In this document: positions 1-9,774 of the stretch, one piece after another
Layout: each line of letters opens with the position of its first letter
How positions within the stretch are numbered: position 1 is the stretch's first letter
Origin: a virus
Taxonomy: Duplodnaviria > Caudoviricetes
Virus record (IMG/VR): IMGVR_UViG_3300027848_000027
Coordinates: 1-54,888 of that record
Length of the DNA stretch: 54,888 nt
Reading direction: 5' to 3' (one strand)
Translations under genes and position numbers: made by a program
Notes under the pieces: generated by a model
What the model saw: the letters and a program-made list of their open reading frames with translations, nothing else
What the model was told of the DNA's origin: nothing
Database searches by the model: none

Positions 1-1902
1 GGTTATGACGAATTAGTTTACTCTGCAGACGATGGAGGATTTGATTATTCAGGAGCACCAATTGCTGCATCTTCATTAATTGACACATTATCATATTGCA
101 AGCCTGCTGATACTACTTTAGTATTCACAGCAGTTACTGCTAACACTATTGCTGAATCTACATTTTTAGCTGGAACTGGAATTGCACTAGGAGAAACTAG
201 AGTAATTACAGGAGGTACTAACGTATATATTATCGGAATGGAAGATTCTAAAGTATACGATGCGTATTCTAAAGGATTTATTAGAAATGGTGATATCATC
301 AATGATGGTACAAACCAATATTATTTAAAAGTAGAATATGAATTAACTGTAACGGTTGGTTCTAACGACTTGAAATATATAAAAGTATTCGCTTATTCTG
401 ATATCTCATTAATCAACCAAATAGATATTAATTTCTATACAAATGGTTCTAATGAGTACATTCAAGTTGAACCACTTAAATCTGGTGAATTCAAAAGAAT
501 ATTTGATTTAACCGACACAAACTTCTTCACTGATTACTCAGTATCACAACCTAACGTTGTTATGTTGGGAATAAATACTGCAATTCCTGCTAATAAAGCA
601 ACAGTTGATGAATTTATTAAGGTAAATCATTATATTAAAGGTAAAGTTGTTGGAGATACAAGAGATAGACTATTGAAGATTATCTCAGTAACGTCTTCTC
701 AACAATTATCACCTGCTAGATTGGAATATGTTATTACTACAATGGCACCAACAGTTGATGAAATTAGCGGAATTGATGCTACTGGTAATACACTTCAAGT
801 TTTAAAAGGAATTTCAAACTTCGCTGGAGAACTTAGAGGACAATACTTAAAAGGATTCAAAGTGAGAGATGCTTTATTACCTAACTCAACTGCTGCAAGA
901 CAAAATGAGATATTAAGTTACTTATTTGATTATACATCTATTCCTCAAGCATTAGCTGGAAAAGAAGTAATTGATTTCAGATACGTTGTAGATACATACG
1001 AGGGAGAAGTTTCTTCTGCTAGTAAGTACTACCTATCTAAACTTTGTGCACTACATGGTCAATCTATGGCCTTACTTAATGCACCTTCAATTAAGCAATT
1101 TGAAAAATCAGTAGATCCTAGCTTTATCGATACGACTAACAAGTTGATCGCAGCTAGACATATTGCAACTGGAGGAGATTTAGATTTAAATCCTAGCTTC
1201 ACGTTTAAATTCGCAGAAGAAGATGTAAATGGATCTCCATTGGCATCGTACTCGATGTTCAACTTCCCTAACTTAATTATAAGAAATGGAAATAGAAATA
1301 TCTCAGTACCACCCGCGGCATACATCTCTAACTTGTATGTTAGAAAGTTTAAAAATGGTCAACCATTCTTAATCGTAGCTGGTGGAAAAAGAGGAGTTAT
1401 TACTGATCCAGAATTAGTTGGAGTAGAATATGAACTTACTGACGAAGATAGAGCATATTTAGAGCCAATTGGACATAATTTGATAGTTAAGAGAAGAGGA
1501 TTTGGAACATTGTTATTCTCGAATAACACAGCTTACCAAAGAATTAACTCAGCACTTAACAATGCTCACGTTAGAGATAACCTTTCTACAATCGAAAGAG
1601 ATTTAGCTAGGATCTTATTCAACTTCTTGTTTGATTTTAACGATGAAATTACAAGACTAAGAGTTAAGACGATAGTTGAAAACTATTTAGATGCGGTAGT
1701 TAGTGCAAGAGGATTAAGCTCATACGCGGTTACATTCGATAAGAGTAATAATAACCAAGAGGTAATCGAAAACAACGCAGCAATAATTGATGTTGAAGTT
1801 GATTTCCCAAGAGGAATCCACAAATTTATTAATAGAATTACTATTACTAGAGTTGGAGGAGGATTAAGTTCAGAATCTACTGGATTTACACCAAGCTTCT
1901 AA
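1..1902 (+). CDS. Contractile tail sheath protein (T4 gp18-like), 5'-truncated by the window edge
   Basis: Frame 1 is open from base 1 (GYDELVYSADD...) into the 554-aa ORF. The C-terminus has sheath-like motifs (VPPAAYISN, VAGGKRGVI, SALNNAHVR, FDFNDEITR, FDKSNN). Confidence 0.85.
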   Translation, partial: GYDELVYSADDGGFDYSGAPIAASSLIDTLSYCKPADTTLVFTAVTANTIAESTFLAGTGIALGETRVITGGTNVYIIGMEDSKVYDAYSKGFIRNGDIINDGTNQYYLKVEYELTVTVGSNDLKYIKVFAYSDISLINQIDINFYTNGSNEYIQVEPLKSGEFKRIFDLTDTNFFTDYSVSQPNVVMLGINTAIPANKATVDEFIKVNHYIKGKVVGDTRDRLLKIISVTSSQQLSPARLEYVITTMAPTVDEISGIDATGNTLQVLKGISNFAGELRGQYLKGFKVRDALLPNSTAARQNEILSYLFDYTSIPQALAGKEVIDFRYVVDTYEGEVSSASKYYLSKLCALHGQSMALLNAPSIKQFEKSVDPSFIDTTNKLIAARHIATGGDLDLNPSFTFKFAEEDVNGSPLASYSMFNFPNLIIRNGNRNISVPPAAYISNLYVRKFKNGQPFLIVAGGKRGVITDPELVGVEYELTDEDRAYLEPIGHNLIVKRRGFGTLLFSNNTAYQRINSALNNAHVRDNLSTIERDLARILFNFLFDFNDEITRLRVKTIVENYLDAVVSARGLSSYAVTFDKSNNNQEVIENNAAIIDVEVDFPRGIHKFINRITITRVGGGLSSESTGFTPSF

Positions 1903-1950
1903 TTCCTTATTTTCCCTGAGGAAACTCAAAGATTAAGGTTCAGAAATAAG

Positions 1951-1980
1951 AAAAGCCCAATCGAAAGATTGGGCTTTTTA
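1951..1980. terminator. Bidirectional intrinsic terminator between convergent sheath and groES units
   Basis: AAAAGCCCAATC-GAAA-GATTGGGCTTTT perfect hairpin with A/T tails on both sides. Confidence 0.85.
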
Positions 1981-2105
1981 ATTATAAGAGGCTTATGGTG
2001 GTTCCCGCGGATAGCCATTACCATACTAACTATCTTCGAGTGTATTTCTACACTATTCTATTTTATTCACGTGGACATTACTCCTCAACCTTTTTCGCAT
2101 TATAA

Positions 2106-2405
2106 TTATTCGTATTCATCAAGCTCAATATCCTCGATGTTGTCAATTATTGCCATGATTTCATTTGACATAATCATGTAGTGTTTCTCACCTTTGAATT
2201 TAAGTTCTGCTCCAGCGAATCTGTTGCATAACACTAAGTCTCCAGGTTTTACTGCCATTTCATTGTGATGTGTTCCATCGCCACAGGCAATAACAGTTCC
2301 AATGTTTGGTCTCTTGACTGCCTTTTCAGGAAGCATGATCCCACTGTTGGTTTTTGTTTCTTTTTCGTTTGGTTTTATTAAAACTCTCTCGTATAACGGT
2401 TTCAT
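2106..2405 (-). CDS. groES: Co-chaperonin GroES (Cpn10)
   Basis: MKPLYERVLIK...KTNSGIMLPEKA...GTVIACGDG...VKPGDLV is the canonical Cpn10 pattern. Confidence 0.93.
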   Translation of the reverse strand: MKPLYERVLIKPNEKETKTNSGIMLPEKAVKRPNIGTVIACGDGTHHNEMAVKPGDLVLCNRFAGAELKFKGEKHYMIMSNEIMAIIDNIEDIELDEYE

Positions 2406-3544
2406 ATAATTGAAGGGTTATTTTTTAAATTAGTAAATTTTTTAAAGTTAAATTTTGTAAACTCAGATTGTATAATACTGGACTTGAGACTATCTTGGAT
2501 CACACTAGGGAACAACTTACTCGACAGTCTAATGATTCTAGTATTAAACATGAAGTGTCTCCTAATGTCCTTCAATTGATCAATGTCACGTACCTTATTA
2601 ATGATGCTAATGTTTTTAACTACAAAATTGATAAAGGTTTCATCTAATGAATCTAATAGGTCAATCGATTTTGTTCCGAACTCAATTGATATGATTTCAA
2701 TCAATTTATTTGCCTTATTAGGTGTCATGTTGTCCATCTTAGGAATATTATCCTTTTTGTCTCCTCTAAATATCTTAGTGAAAACATCCAAAACTGGATC
2801 AATTATATACTCAACATACTCTTTCTCTTTAAGAGCTTCAATAACTTGAGTAATCGTTCCAGTTGCAACATGCGATTCATTCAATGAAAAGAAGTTATCT
2901 TCTTCATCATCTGCAAAATCTGGATTTAATTCAGCAGGTAAACACAACTTCTTATGTGGTCTCCGTTGTTTTGGATAAATTACAATTACGTTTTTACCAG
3001 AGCAATACGTCAATTGAGAGATGTCTCCATCTACTGTGTAAACCATTACGTCAGTATTTAGAATCTCACATAAATATGCGATTATATCATCTCCTTCAGT
3101 TCCCTGTATTTTGTAGTAATTTACTCCTGTCTCTTTAACAATGATCGGTGCGATCTCGTTTTGAAAGTAGTCAAAGAACAAATATATTTTATTGTCCCTT
3201 TTTCTATTTCCTTTATATATGAATTCATCAGGCGATGCCGATGATTCTCCCGAGGATCCACTATCGAAGAATTTTTGAATAAAATCCTTTCTCCAGCTTT
3301 TAGAATCAAATGCTAAATGCACCCGATCGATTTTTTTACCGACGGGTGCAATTAGTGAGTAGAAATAATTTAAACAGAAATTTCTAAACTGTAACTTAGC
3401 CTGGTCCTTTAAAATAAATTCACCCTCATTTAAGATGTCTTCAACATAATATTGAGCTCCGATAGTTTTATCTCTAAACGCTATGTTTATCGATACACTA
3501 GCTGCTACATTCAAATAAGCATTACCATCTATTACAAAGTCCAT
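2402..3544 (-). CDS. 5'-3' exonuclease / T4 RNase H-like flap endonuclease
   Basis: IDGNAYL, AFDSKSWRK, YKGNRK, EGDDIIAYL, DGDISQL and GDKKDNIP are FEN/RNase H motifs. ATGA overlap with groES. Confidence 0.85.
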   Translation of the reverse strand: MDFVIDGNAYLNVAASVSINIAFRDKTIGAQYYVEDILNEGEFILKDQAKLQFRNFCLNYFYSLIAPVGKKIDRVHLAFDSKSWRKDFIQKFFDSGSSGESSASPDEFIYKGNRKRDNKIYLFFDYFQNEIAPIIVKETGVNYYKIQGTEGDDIIAYLCEILNTDVMVYTVDGDISQLTYCSGKNVIVIYPKQRRPHKKLCLPAELNPDFADDEEDNFFSLNESHVATGTITQVIEALKEKEYVEYIIDPVLDVFTKIFRGDKKDNIPKMDNMTPNKANKLIEIISIEFGTKSIDLLDSLDETFINFVVKNISIINKVRDIDQLKDIRRHFMFNTRIIRLSSKLFPSVIQDSLKSSIIQSEFTKFNFKKFTNLKNNPSII

Positions 3545-3554
3545 ACTGTTTCAT

Positions 3555-3884
3555 TTATGAATTAGACTCTTGTGATTCAGTAGGTTCAGTAGCAGATTTT
3601 GCTTGAGTTGAACTTCTTTTAATAGTTTTAATTGCTTTTGCAACTAATTCAGACTCATCTAGGTTATATAAACCTTTAGCTTGAGCGTAGTTAGCAGACG
3701 CAATAAGAACGAACATCGCTTGATTGATGTCTAATTTAGACAAAAAGTTCTCGTAATCTTCGTCGTTTGTATAGGAAATAGTTCCTAATAAAACATTCTT
3801 TTGTGCTTCAGCTTCTGTAGCCGGTGCAACCGAAGCTGCTTTTTCAGTAGCAGTTTCTACTACTTTGTCTTTTTTTGTTTTCAT
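3555..3884 (-). CDS. Hypothetical protein (~109 aa; likely start MKTKKDK at 3884)
   Basis: ORF between ssb and rnh. The downstream ATG avoids overlap with ssb and has an A-rich leader. Confidence 0.7.
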   Translation of the reverse strand: MKTKKDKVVETATEKAASVAPATEAEAQKNVLLGTISYTNDEDYENFLSKLDINQAMFVLIASANYAQAKGLYNLDESELVAKAIKTIKRSSTQAKSATEPTESQESNS

Positions 3885-3906
3885 AATTAAATGATTATTT
3901 TTATTA

Positions 3907-4932
3907 TTACATTTCTTCAAATAGTGAGTCGTACTCATCTTTCTCACTAGATGCATTATATTTTGCTACTGGCTCCAATGGAGATTCAATAGACCCTTCT
4001 GATTTTGATTCAAACTCAATAGGTTCATCAATTATATCAGCAGAAGGTGAAGATACTACAGGTGATACAGATAATTTTGCAAGAATTGCATTTTTCATCT
4101 TTTCATCTTTAGTTCTTTCAAGTACCTGATCTAATACTGGGCGTGGTTGAATTAAAGATACGATGTTTTCAACAACTTTATTGAATTGATCATCTGTCCA
4201 TTCTCTGTGTAAATAATCATCTAATACTGGAGTATTCTTTTTCAAGAACTCTTGTACTAACTTAACTGATTTCTCAGAATTTTCTGTAACGACAGAAGTA
4301 TCTCCGATCTTAAATACGAAAGGTGTGATATCATCCATGAATTTACATTTTGTCCAATCTCTAAAGACTTTAGTCTTCTTACCAACTACACATAAGAAAT
4401 CTTTTCCTTGTAAAAGGTGATAAGGATTTACTGATGCTGCCGTTTCAATTAAATCACTTTCTTCTGGACTAATTTGTCCTTCAATAAGTTGATTAATTTG
4501 AGATGAGAACTTGAAGAACTTAATAGTTCCTTCCAATTCTGGACGCTGTGGATCTTTCTTAATATAGACTGGCGACATATTCGTGTGCCATCTAGAGAAA
4601 GCGTCTTTTAATTTTTTGTGTAATTCTGGTTCCTCTTTTTCAAAGCCTCTGATTACGCTTTCGATATCCCAAAGGATAGAAGGCTGTCCAACATTAGATG
4701 GGCAATCTACAAAAACTGCTTCTTTTGTTAGTGGGTTATAAAACTTGGCAGAGTACTTCGTATACTTGCTCTTAGTTTTATCGCTAATGTACGGTAAAAA
4801 TCTGAAAACAGATTGATATTTTCCATTAAATGCATTTGGATCAGGATTGTAAATGTTCTCATCCGTCTTTCGTTCGTACGATGTCGCTTTAGGTTTAAAG
4901 TTGTCATCTGGTAAATCAAAAAAGTCACTCAT
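3907..4932 (-). CDS. Single-stranded DNA-binding protein (T4 gp32-like)
   Basis: FRFLP, DCP, DPQRPELEG, NPYHLLQGKDF motifs and an acidic C-terminal tail (DEYDSLFEEM). Lies next to RNase H as in T4-like phages. Confidence 0.8.
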   Translation of the reverse strand: MSDFFDLPDDNFKPKATSYERKTDENIYNPDPNAFNGKYQSVFRFLPYISDKTKSKYTKYSAKFYNPLTKEAVFVDCPSNVGQPSILWDIESVIRGFEKEEPELHKKLKDAFSRWHTNMSPVYIKKDPQRPELEGTIKFFKFSSQINQLIEGQISPEESDLIETAASVNPYHLLQGKDFLCVVGKKTKVFRDWTKCKFMDDITPFVFKIGDTSVVTENSEKSVKLVQEFLKKNTPVLDDYLHREWTDDQFNKVVENIVSLIQPRPVLDQVLERTKDEKMKNAILAKLSVSPVVSSPSADIIDEPIEFESKSEGSIESPLEPVAKYNASSEKDEYDSLFEEM

Positions 4933-4968
4933 AATTAATTATTATTTTTATTGTATTTTATTATAGAT

Positions 4969-4996
4969 ATTATACTTATTTGTTGGTATAAGTTTC
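4969..4996 (-). promoter_or_regulatory. Early/middle-type promoter for ssb operon
   Basis: Minus strand GAAACT-N16-TATAAT, 36 nt upstream of the ssb ATG. The motif recurs across the window. Confidence 0.65.
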
Positions 4997-5006
4997 ACAA
5001 TTTTGT

Positions 5007-5036
5007 AAAAAAGGACAACTTTGGAGCTGTCCTTTT
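5007..5036 (-). terminator. Intrinsic terminator after histone H1-like gene
   Basis: Minus strand AAAAGGACAGCT-CCAA-AGTTGTCCTTTTTT hairpin (one G-U pair) followed by a U-run. Confidence 0.75.
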
Positions 5037-5057
5037 GTTTATTCTGTTAAGTCTGGA

Positions 5058-5321
5058 TTACTTTCCAGATATTTCTTCTCTAAGATCTCTTGCACTATCT
5101 TTGATAGTTGCCATTGTCTTAGCGTTTGTTGGATTGTGGATCGCTTTTCTGATCTCTTGAAGACCTTTTCTTAAACGTCCTCCAGCAGATTTTACGCCTT
5201 TGTCGTAGAACTTATCTACGTCACCATTTGCTTCCATTTCAGCTATCTGATTATCGATATCGCCAAATACTGAAACTTTAGCTGCTTCTACTGTTGCTTT
5301 AAATTGTTCAAAACTATTCAT
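5058..5321 (-). CDS. Histone H1-like (Hc1-family) small DNA-binding protein
   Basis: KFYDKGVKSAGGRLRKGLQEIRK resembles the Bacteroidota 'histone H1' family motif (KF.EKG.K.AG.R.RK...EI.K). Confidence 0.65.
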   Translation of the reverse strand: MNSFEQFKATVEAAKVSVFGDIDNQIAEMEANGDVDKFYDKGVKSAGGRLRKGLQEIRKAIHNPTNAKTMATIKDSARDLREEISGK

Positions 5322-5340
5322 ATTTATTATATTTTAGTAT

Positions 5341-5368
5341 ATTATACTAGGGAATAAATATTGGTTTT
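5341..5368 (-). promoter_or_regulatory. Early/middle-type promoter for histone H1-like gene
   Basis: Minus strand AAAACC-N16-TATAAT, 19 nt upstream of the ATG. Confidence 0.6.
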
Positions 5369-6119
5369 AAATAGAATCAACTATTTTGTTCACTACGGGA
5401 TTGTTTGTGTCTATTAATGCATCTGGATAATTCTCTAGGGCATGTGTTAACCATACACTGAATACTTCTTCATATTCAGATTTTGATAATTTACCATCTG
5501 TTACGAATGGCATTAAATATTTGTCAAATAGATCATCTAGATTAGATCCCTCTACCTTACTTCTTTCGTACATTCCTATAACCATTGATTCTATTTCATC
5601 AGGTAACATGAAGTATTTGTAACTCGTGTTTGCGCCTGATCTATCAGTTCCTGAACTAGGTCTAACATTGAATGGATCTCTATTCCATCCGATTTGATCT
5701 GTGTGATTTACCTCGTGGGCAATTATATCAGTCAATTTAAATTCTAATTCTTTATATAATTCAGGCTCTCTATTAGGATTAATTATGAGTGTCAATATTA
5801 TTTCAGGAATTATTAAATCTGTTTTATTAATATGAGTGTTTGCATCTAGTGCAAACCCATATTTTTTAAAGTTTATTTCTTCCCATTGAAGTTCCTTAAA
5901 ATGAGAATCTGTATTAAAATCAGGGAAATCGGTCTTCTTTACTTGAATTACTAGATCAAATGAATTATCATCTTTATATTCAAGTTCACGTATCTCAATA
6001 TATGAGTCATCTGATGGTTCAGCATTTTTAATGACATATATAGCATCTGCGGCATATCCAACGCTTGGAATGTCGATTTCACTACTTTCATTTATATAGT
6101 CATTAAATCCCCTTAACAT
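5367..6119 (-). CDS. Putative zinc metallopeptidase (HExxH), possible virion internal protein
   Basis: IIAHEVNHTDQ plus a downstream Y...P.EIES. N-terminus MLRGFNDYINE resembles a capsid-targeting/prohead-protease motif. Confidence 0.65.
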   Translation of the reverse strand: MLRGFNDYINESSEIDIPSVGYAADAIYVIKNAEPSDDSYIEIRELEYKDDNSFDLVIQVKKTDFPDFNTDSHFKELQWEEINFKKYGFALDANTHINKTDLIIPEIILTLIINPNREPELYKELEFKLTDIIAHEVNHTDQIGWNRDPFNVRPSSGTDRSGANTSYKYFMLPDEIESMVIGMYERSKVEGSNLDDLFDKYLMPFVTDGKLSKSEYEEVFSVWLTHALENYPDALIDTNNPVVNKIVDSI

Positions 6120-6610
6120 TATTTAGTGTTTATGAATGTTACTTCAACTGAGTCAGTCATTGGTACTTTATCACCGGGTGAAAATATAACCTCGGTGTCC
6201 TGAGTTCGTTTTCCTTCCATACCTGTAGTAATTGCATGCTTGAATTTTTCTATGAATTCTTTATCATCTGGAGTAACTGAGTCTTTGATACCTGCGATAT
6301 AATCAAATATAGCTATTCGTTTTACATCTATTGCGTTCTTAGATAATTTAGTAGAATCAGTGCTAACTGCCTTATCTATCCATTTTTCAAGATTTTCTTT
6401 TCGTATTACATATGTTGCATAGCGCTTAGAAGTACTTCCGTCAGGATATGTGTAATCTGTTCCCTTTCCTCCTTCTTCTATAAATAGTACAGAATATATT
6501 GGTTCAACCGGTGCAGCAGCTTGCTGCGCTCCATCGACTTGCATTTCTCCCATGTCTTGTTCCGCAATATAATTAGAAAAGTATTTTAAGTGTTTTAAGT
6601 TCTTTGGCAT
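6119..6610 (-). CDS. Hypothetical protein, possible virion internal protein (likely start MPKNLK at 6610)
   Basis: The ORF-track N-terminus (MINNKK) overlaps a GATAAATA late-promoter motif, so the next ATG is favoured. Contains LKYFSNYIAE motif and a TAATG overlap with the next gene. Confidence 0.7.
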   Translation of the reverse strand: MPKNLKHLKYFSNYIAEQDMGEMQVDGAQQAAAPVEPIYSVLFIEEGGKGTDYTYPDGSTSKRYATYVIRKENLEKWIDKAVSTDSTKLSKNAIDVKRIAIFDYIAGIKDSVTPDDKEFIEKFKHAITTGMEGKRTQDTEVIFSPGDKVPMTDSVEVTFINTK

Positions 6611-6627
6611 CTTAAATTCTTTTTTAT

Positions 6628-6635
6628 TATTTATC
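6628..6635 (-). promoter_or_regulatory. T4-like late promoter
   Basis: GATAAATA on the minus strand, 17 nt upstream of the ATG at 6610. Confidence 0.6.
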
Positions 6636-6638
6636 ATA

Positions 6639-6665
6639 AGAAAGCCCTCGATTTGAGGGCTTTCT
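6639..6665 (-). terminator. Intrinsic terminator after nrdJ
   Basis: AGAAAGCCCTC-N5-GAGGGCTTTCT perfect 11-bp stem. Confidence 0.8.
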
Positions 6666-6730
6666 ATTATTTACATTTCCAAATAAACTCTTTATAGTAG
6701 AGTAATGTTATCCAATCGTCACGTCTCATG

Positions 6731-9325
6731 TTATCCACATTTTGAATTTCCACAACTCATACATGTTAAACATCCTTCCTTGTATTCAAGAGATTCAGAT
6801 CCACATTCATCGCATGTTTTACCAGATTGAACTGTTCCATCTTTGATATACTTTTTGATCATTCGTTTAACTCCTGATTTCCAAGTACTAATGAATTCTC
6901 CATCTAGATTTAAACTGTCAAGTAAATCAATCACATACGGAAGAGGCATCCCATGTCTTAATATTGCAGATATAGTTTTAGCCATATCATGATATTTATC
7001 ATCAAATGCGTGATTTAAACTAGGAATTCTTATATCGTTTCCGTTTTTATCAGAGTATATAAAGTCGTAATTAGACTTGCCGTCTTTTCCTTTTGTTCTT
7101 TTAATTGTCCCAGTCTCAACATATGATGGAATTGGAAAGTTATCATTATTACCGGTGAATATCTCGTAAGGTTTTCCATCAAGTTCTCCAACAAATCCAA
7201 TCCACTTTTCTCCCTTATTCATAAAGGTTAGAACAGATGTGTCTATTGATTTTGGTCTCTTAGGAGCGTGTGATTCTTTAAATAAATCAGTTTGTTCTTT
7301 TTCTTCTTTAGAAATTAGAACTCCAGATCTTGATCCGTCTCTATATATCGTACATCCTTTACATCCATGTTTCCAAGCAGTGATATATACATCATTTACT
7401 AATGATTCATCTACATCCTCAGGAAGATTTACAGTTACTGAGATAGAATGATCTACCCATTTCTGAATAGCTCCTTGCATCTTAACTTTCTCTACCCAAT
7501 CAACATCATTTGCCATCGCTTTATGATATGGTGATTTTTCTATCAACATATTTATAGTTTCATCGCTTAAGGCTTCTAATATTTTAGTATCGATAGTCAT
7601 ATTATTACTATCTGGTAAATATTTGAATCCTTCAATTTCAATCCATGTTTTAAATGCATGGTGAAATACGTTATATTCTTCCCAGTGATCTCCAACCTCA
7701 TCAATAAATACGGCGTTTGAATTTACATCATTTGGATTTACTTTCTTACGTCTTCTGTAAGATACCATAAATGCAGGTTCAATTCCAGAAGACGTTTGAG
7801 CCATTAGTGAAACAGTTCCAGTTGGAGCAATTGTAAGTAGAGCGATGTTACGTCTACCATATTTCATTAAATCAGCATATAATTCACGATCTGCTTCTTT
7901 GATTCTATTTAAGAAAGGATGATCTTGTTCTCTTGCCGGATCCCATATATTAAATGCTCCACGTTCTCTTGCAAGAATATTAGAAGATCTAAATACTTCT
8001 AATGCATATACTTTATGTACGTTCTCTGCGAATTTAGTAGCATTTGGCGTTCCGTATGTTAATCCTAACGCAGCTAACATATCTCCTTCTGCAGTAATTC
8101 CTACTCCGGTTCTTCTACCTTCCTTACATTTCTTTTGGATTCTAGTCCATAATTCAATCTCAACTCTCTTAGTTATTTGAGCTTCAGGATCCTGTTTTAA
8201 TTTAGAAAGTATTCCATTAATTTTTTCTACTTCTAAATCAACGATGTCATCCATCATTCTTAAAGCATATTTTGCATGCTCTTTAAATAATTCAAAGTTG
8301 AATGTTGCATTTTTAGTAAACGGATTTTCAACATATGATAATAAGTTCACCGCTAATAATCTACATGAATCATCTGGGCATAGTGGAATTTCTCCACATG
8401 GATTAGTAGAAACAGTTTTATATCCTAGATCAGCATATCGATCAGGTAAAGATTCTCGAATAATTTGATCCCAGAATAAAACACCAGGTTCTGCTGCTTT
8501 CCAGTTATTTGCTATAATTTTATTCCAGATTCTATGTGCATCTACTTCTTTAGTAACCGATGGAGTATCTGAATATACTGGCCATTGTTGTGTATACTTA
8601 CCGTCTCCAGTAACAGCTCTCATGAAATCATCATGTGCTTTTATTGATATATTTGCTCCAGTAACTTTAGTTCCATCTAATTTAGCATCAATGAATGCCT
8701 CAGAGTCAGGATGCTTTATTGACATTGAAAGCATAAGTGCTCCTCTTCTTCCGTCTTGTGCAACTTCTCTAGTTGAATTTGAATATCGTTCCATGAAAGG
8801 AACAACACCGGTAGAAGTCAATGCTGAGTTATTAACTCTACTTCCCTTTGGTCTTATTGCTTCAAGTGTATGACCGACTCCACCTCTACGTTTCATTAAC
8901 TGAACCTGTTCTTGGTCAGTATTCATAATTGCTCCGTAAGAATCAGAAGGACTATTATGTCCGATTACGAAACAATTTGAAAGTGATACAGTTTGGAAAT
9001 CATTCCCTATACCACTCATTGGAGATCCCTGTGGTATAATATACTTGAAATCTTTTATAAGTGATAGGATGAGCTCGTATGACATTGGATTATCATATTT
9101 ATGTTCAATTCTAGATATCTCGGATGCGATTCTTACATGCATATCATCTGGTGTAGATTCGTAGATATTTCCGTATGAATCTTTAAGAGCATACTTATTA
9201 ACCCATACATCAGCAGCTAATGTATCTCCTTTGAAATATTTTATAGATGCAGCGACTGCATCTTCTCTCGTATAAATTTTTAATTCTTTTTTAGCGTTAA
9301 GCGTAGCTTCCATTGTTGTACTCAT
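6731..9325 (-). CDS. nrdJ: Class II (adenosylcobalamin-dependent) ribonucleotide reductase
   Basis: SLSNCF, RRGGVG, QDGRRGALM, TNPCGEIPL, IAPTGT, SISVTVN and KGCTIYRDGSR motifs. C-terminal PKRP...PYEIF domain and CxxC...CxxC end. Confidence 0.93.
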   Translation of the reverse strand: MSTTMEATLNAKKELKIYTREDAVAASIKYFKGDTLAADVWVNKYALKDSYGNIYESTPDDMHVRIASEISRIEHKYDNPMSYELILSLIKDFKYIIPQGSPMSGIGNDFQTVSLSNCFVIGHNSPSDSYGAIMNTDQEQVQLMKRRGGVGHTLEAIRPKGSRVNNSALTSTGVVPFMERYSNSTREVAQDGRRGALMLSMSIKHPDSEAFIDAKLDGTKVTGANISIKAHDDFMRAVTGDGKYTQQWPVYSDTPSVTKEVDAHRIWNKIIANNWKAAEPGVLFWDQIIRESLPDRYADLGYKTVSTNPCGEIPLCPDDSCRLLAVNLLSYVENPFTKNATFNFELFKEHAKYALRMMDDIVDLEVEKINGILSKLKQDPEAQITKRVEIELWTRIQKKCKEGRRTGVGITAEGDMLAALGLTYGTPNATKFAENVHKVYALEVFRSSNILARERGAFNIWDPAREQDHPFLNRIKEADRELYADLMKYGRRNIALLTIAPTGTVSLMAQTSSGIEPAFMVSYRRRKKVNPNDVNSNAVFIDEVGDHWEEYNVFHHAFKTWIEIEGFKYLPDSNNMTIDTKILEALSDETINMLIEKSPYHKAMANDVDWVEKVKMQGAIQKWVDHSISVTVNLPEDVDESLVNDVYITAWKHGCKGCTIYRDGSRSGVLISKEEKEQTDLFKESHAPKRPKSIDTSVLTFMNKGEKWIGFVGELDGKPYEIFTGNNDNFPIPSYVETGTIKRTKGKDGKSNYDFIYSDKNGNDIRIPSLNHAFDDKYHDMAKTISAILRHGMPLPYVIDLLDSLNLDGEFISTWKSGVKRMIKKYIKDGTVQSGKTCDECGSESLEYKEGCLTCMSCGNSKCG

Positions 9326-9330
9326 TTTTT

Positions 9331-9774
9331 TTATTTTGTTCCAGTAGATCCGAATCCGCCGGATCCGCGTTTAGTTACTAAATCTCCAAACATTTCATCC
9401 TCAGAATCTGCCTCTTCAACTTCAACGTAATTTACAGGTAAGCATAATACTTGAACTATTTTGTCACCTGGATTTATTCCCTGTGATACATCTCCCACGT
9501 TTTTAAGGTCTATATGGATTTCACCAGTATAATCTTCATCGATTACACATGCTCCAACCATTAAACTTTTCTTTGCTGCTATTCCAGATTTATTCATTGC
9601 AACTAATGCATATCCATGAGGAACTCTTGCCTTTATACCAGCTGGTATAAAGGCAGATTGTCCAGGTTCTAGAACTATTGCAGATTGGTCGTTAGGAACG
9701 AACAAATCAATTCCAGCAGAACCTTCAGTTCCCCTAACTGGCATTTTTACATCTCTTATTCTTAAGATTTTCAT
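9331..9774 (-). CDS. dut: dUTPase (trimeric)
   Basis: SAGIDL, NKSG, VIDEDYTGEI, GDKIVQ and RGSGGFGSTG correspond to motifs I-V. Confidence 0.95.
   Translation of the reverse strand: MKILRIRDVKMPVRGTEGSAGIDLFVPNDQSAIVLEPGQSAFIPAGIKARVPHGYALVAMNKSGIAAKKSLMVGACVIDEDYTGEIHIDLKNVGDVSQGINPGDKIVQVLCLPVNYVEVEEADSEDEMFGDLVTKRGSGGFGSTGTK

Noticed and set aside
45-302. 85-aa minus-strand ORF ending VSINEDAAIGAPE
   Set aside because: It is an antisense shadow of the sheath CDS. Its similarity to the fibre C-terminus only reflects the inverted DNA copy at 47.2 kb.
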